DNA from: a virus
Taxonomy: Duplodnaviria; Caudoviricetes
IMG/VR virus record: IMGVR_UViG_3300048796_000014
Span: 1 to 33,859 of that record
Length of the DNA: 33,859 nt
Reading direction: 5' to 3' (one strand)
The notes below the pieces were generated by a model. That model did not search any database and was not told the DNA's origin. It saw nothing but the letters and a program-made list of their open reading frames with translations. A program made the translations under genes and the position numbers. Shown piece by piece: positions 33,555 to 33,859 of the stretch (its first letter is position 1; each line of letters begins with the position of its first letter).

Positions 33555-33859
33555 CTAATACTTGGTTGCGCGAGTGGACGAAGGAGCCGTCATGCCCTTG
33601 CTGGATGGACGTGCAGACTGCTGCCGTGAAGCTGGTGCCTTGGCTGCCGGTTTGCTGCCCTTGCTGGGTGCCTCAGCATCAGCCTTGAAGAAGGGATAAT
33701 CAATATCCTTGGCTGTGTCTTTGTGCTTCTCCAGCAGAGCCCCAATCAGCTTGCGGTCCACTTCCTGAATGGTGGAGAAGTCCAACTGGTGGCCACCACC
33801 TTCCATGGGTGAAATCTCAACCTGAGTGACCACACCCAGCACCGGCAGATTGAATGTCT
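33555..33859 (-). CDS. C-terminal part of a replication-module protein, possibly SSB-like (5'-truncated)
   Basis: Frame is open to the window end. GVVTQVEISP...HQLDF beta strands and a basic low-complexity tail; upstream of polA. Confidence 0.5.
   Translation of the reverse strand, partial: TFNLPVLGVVTQVEISPMEGGGHQLDFSTIQEVDRKLIGALLEKHKDTAKDIDYPFFKADAEAPSKGSKPAAKAPASRQQSARPSSKGMTAPSSTRATKY

Noticed and set aside
28039-33859. Basic NLS-like tails (RKTRKRK, PPKK, RKTRTK) suggesting a eukaryotic link
   Set aside because: SD-led operons and a peptidoglycan endolysin show a bacterial host. Basic tails are common in DNA-binding proteins.
1-33859. Stop-codon reassignment
   Set aside because: Genes are intact under the standard code, and TAA, TAG and TGA all end well-supported genes.

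Overview
About 34 kb of a tailed dsDNA phage genome (siphovirus-type, roughly 55% GC by eye), cut at both ends. Plus strand, 1-24405: small and large terminase, portal, MuF-like head protein, protease/scaffold, DUF2190-like decoration protein, major capsid, an inserted two-gene cassette of signal-peptide proteins, neck and tail genes, a tail chaperone with a probable -1 frameshift, tape measure, Dit, an endonuclease VII-type HNH, a hub protein, and a triple-repeat tail-tip protein ending in a Hint domain. Minus strand, converging from 33859 to 24668: an SSB-like fragment, a divergent family-A DNA polymerase, HNH, PD-(D/E)XK nuclease, VRR-NUC, SNF2-like helicase, a histone H1-like protein, a dATP/dGTP diphosphohydrolase-like protein and a lysis block with a lambda-R-type endolysin. 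No integrase, repressor, tRNA, CRISPR array or reverse transcriptase was seen. The endolysin suggests a Gram-negative host. Most notable: (1) a splicing-deficient, Hedgehog-like Hint domain on the tail tip; (2) a secreted, probably disulfide-bonded tailspike-like protein in its own cassette in the head module; (3) a PolA with substitutions at normally invariant dNTP-binding residues; (4) two related, switchable intergenic RNA-like elements; (5) a recurring hairpin plus extended -10 module. All family assignments come from motif recognition by eye, not from database searches.
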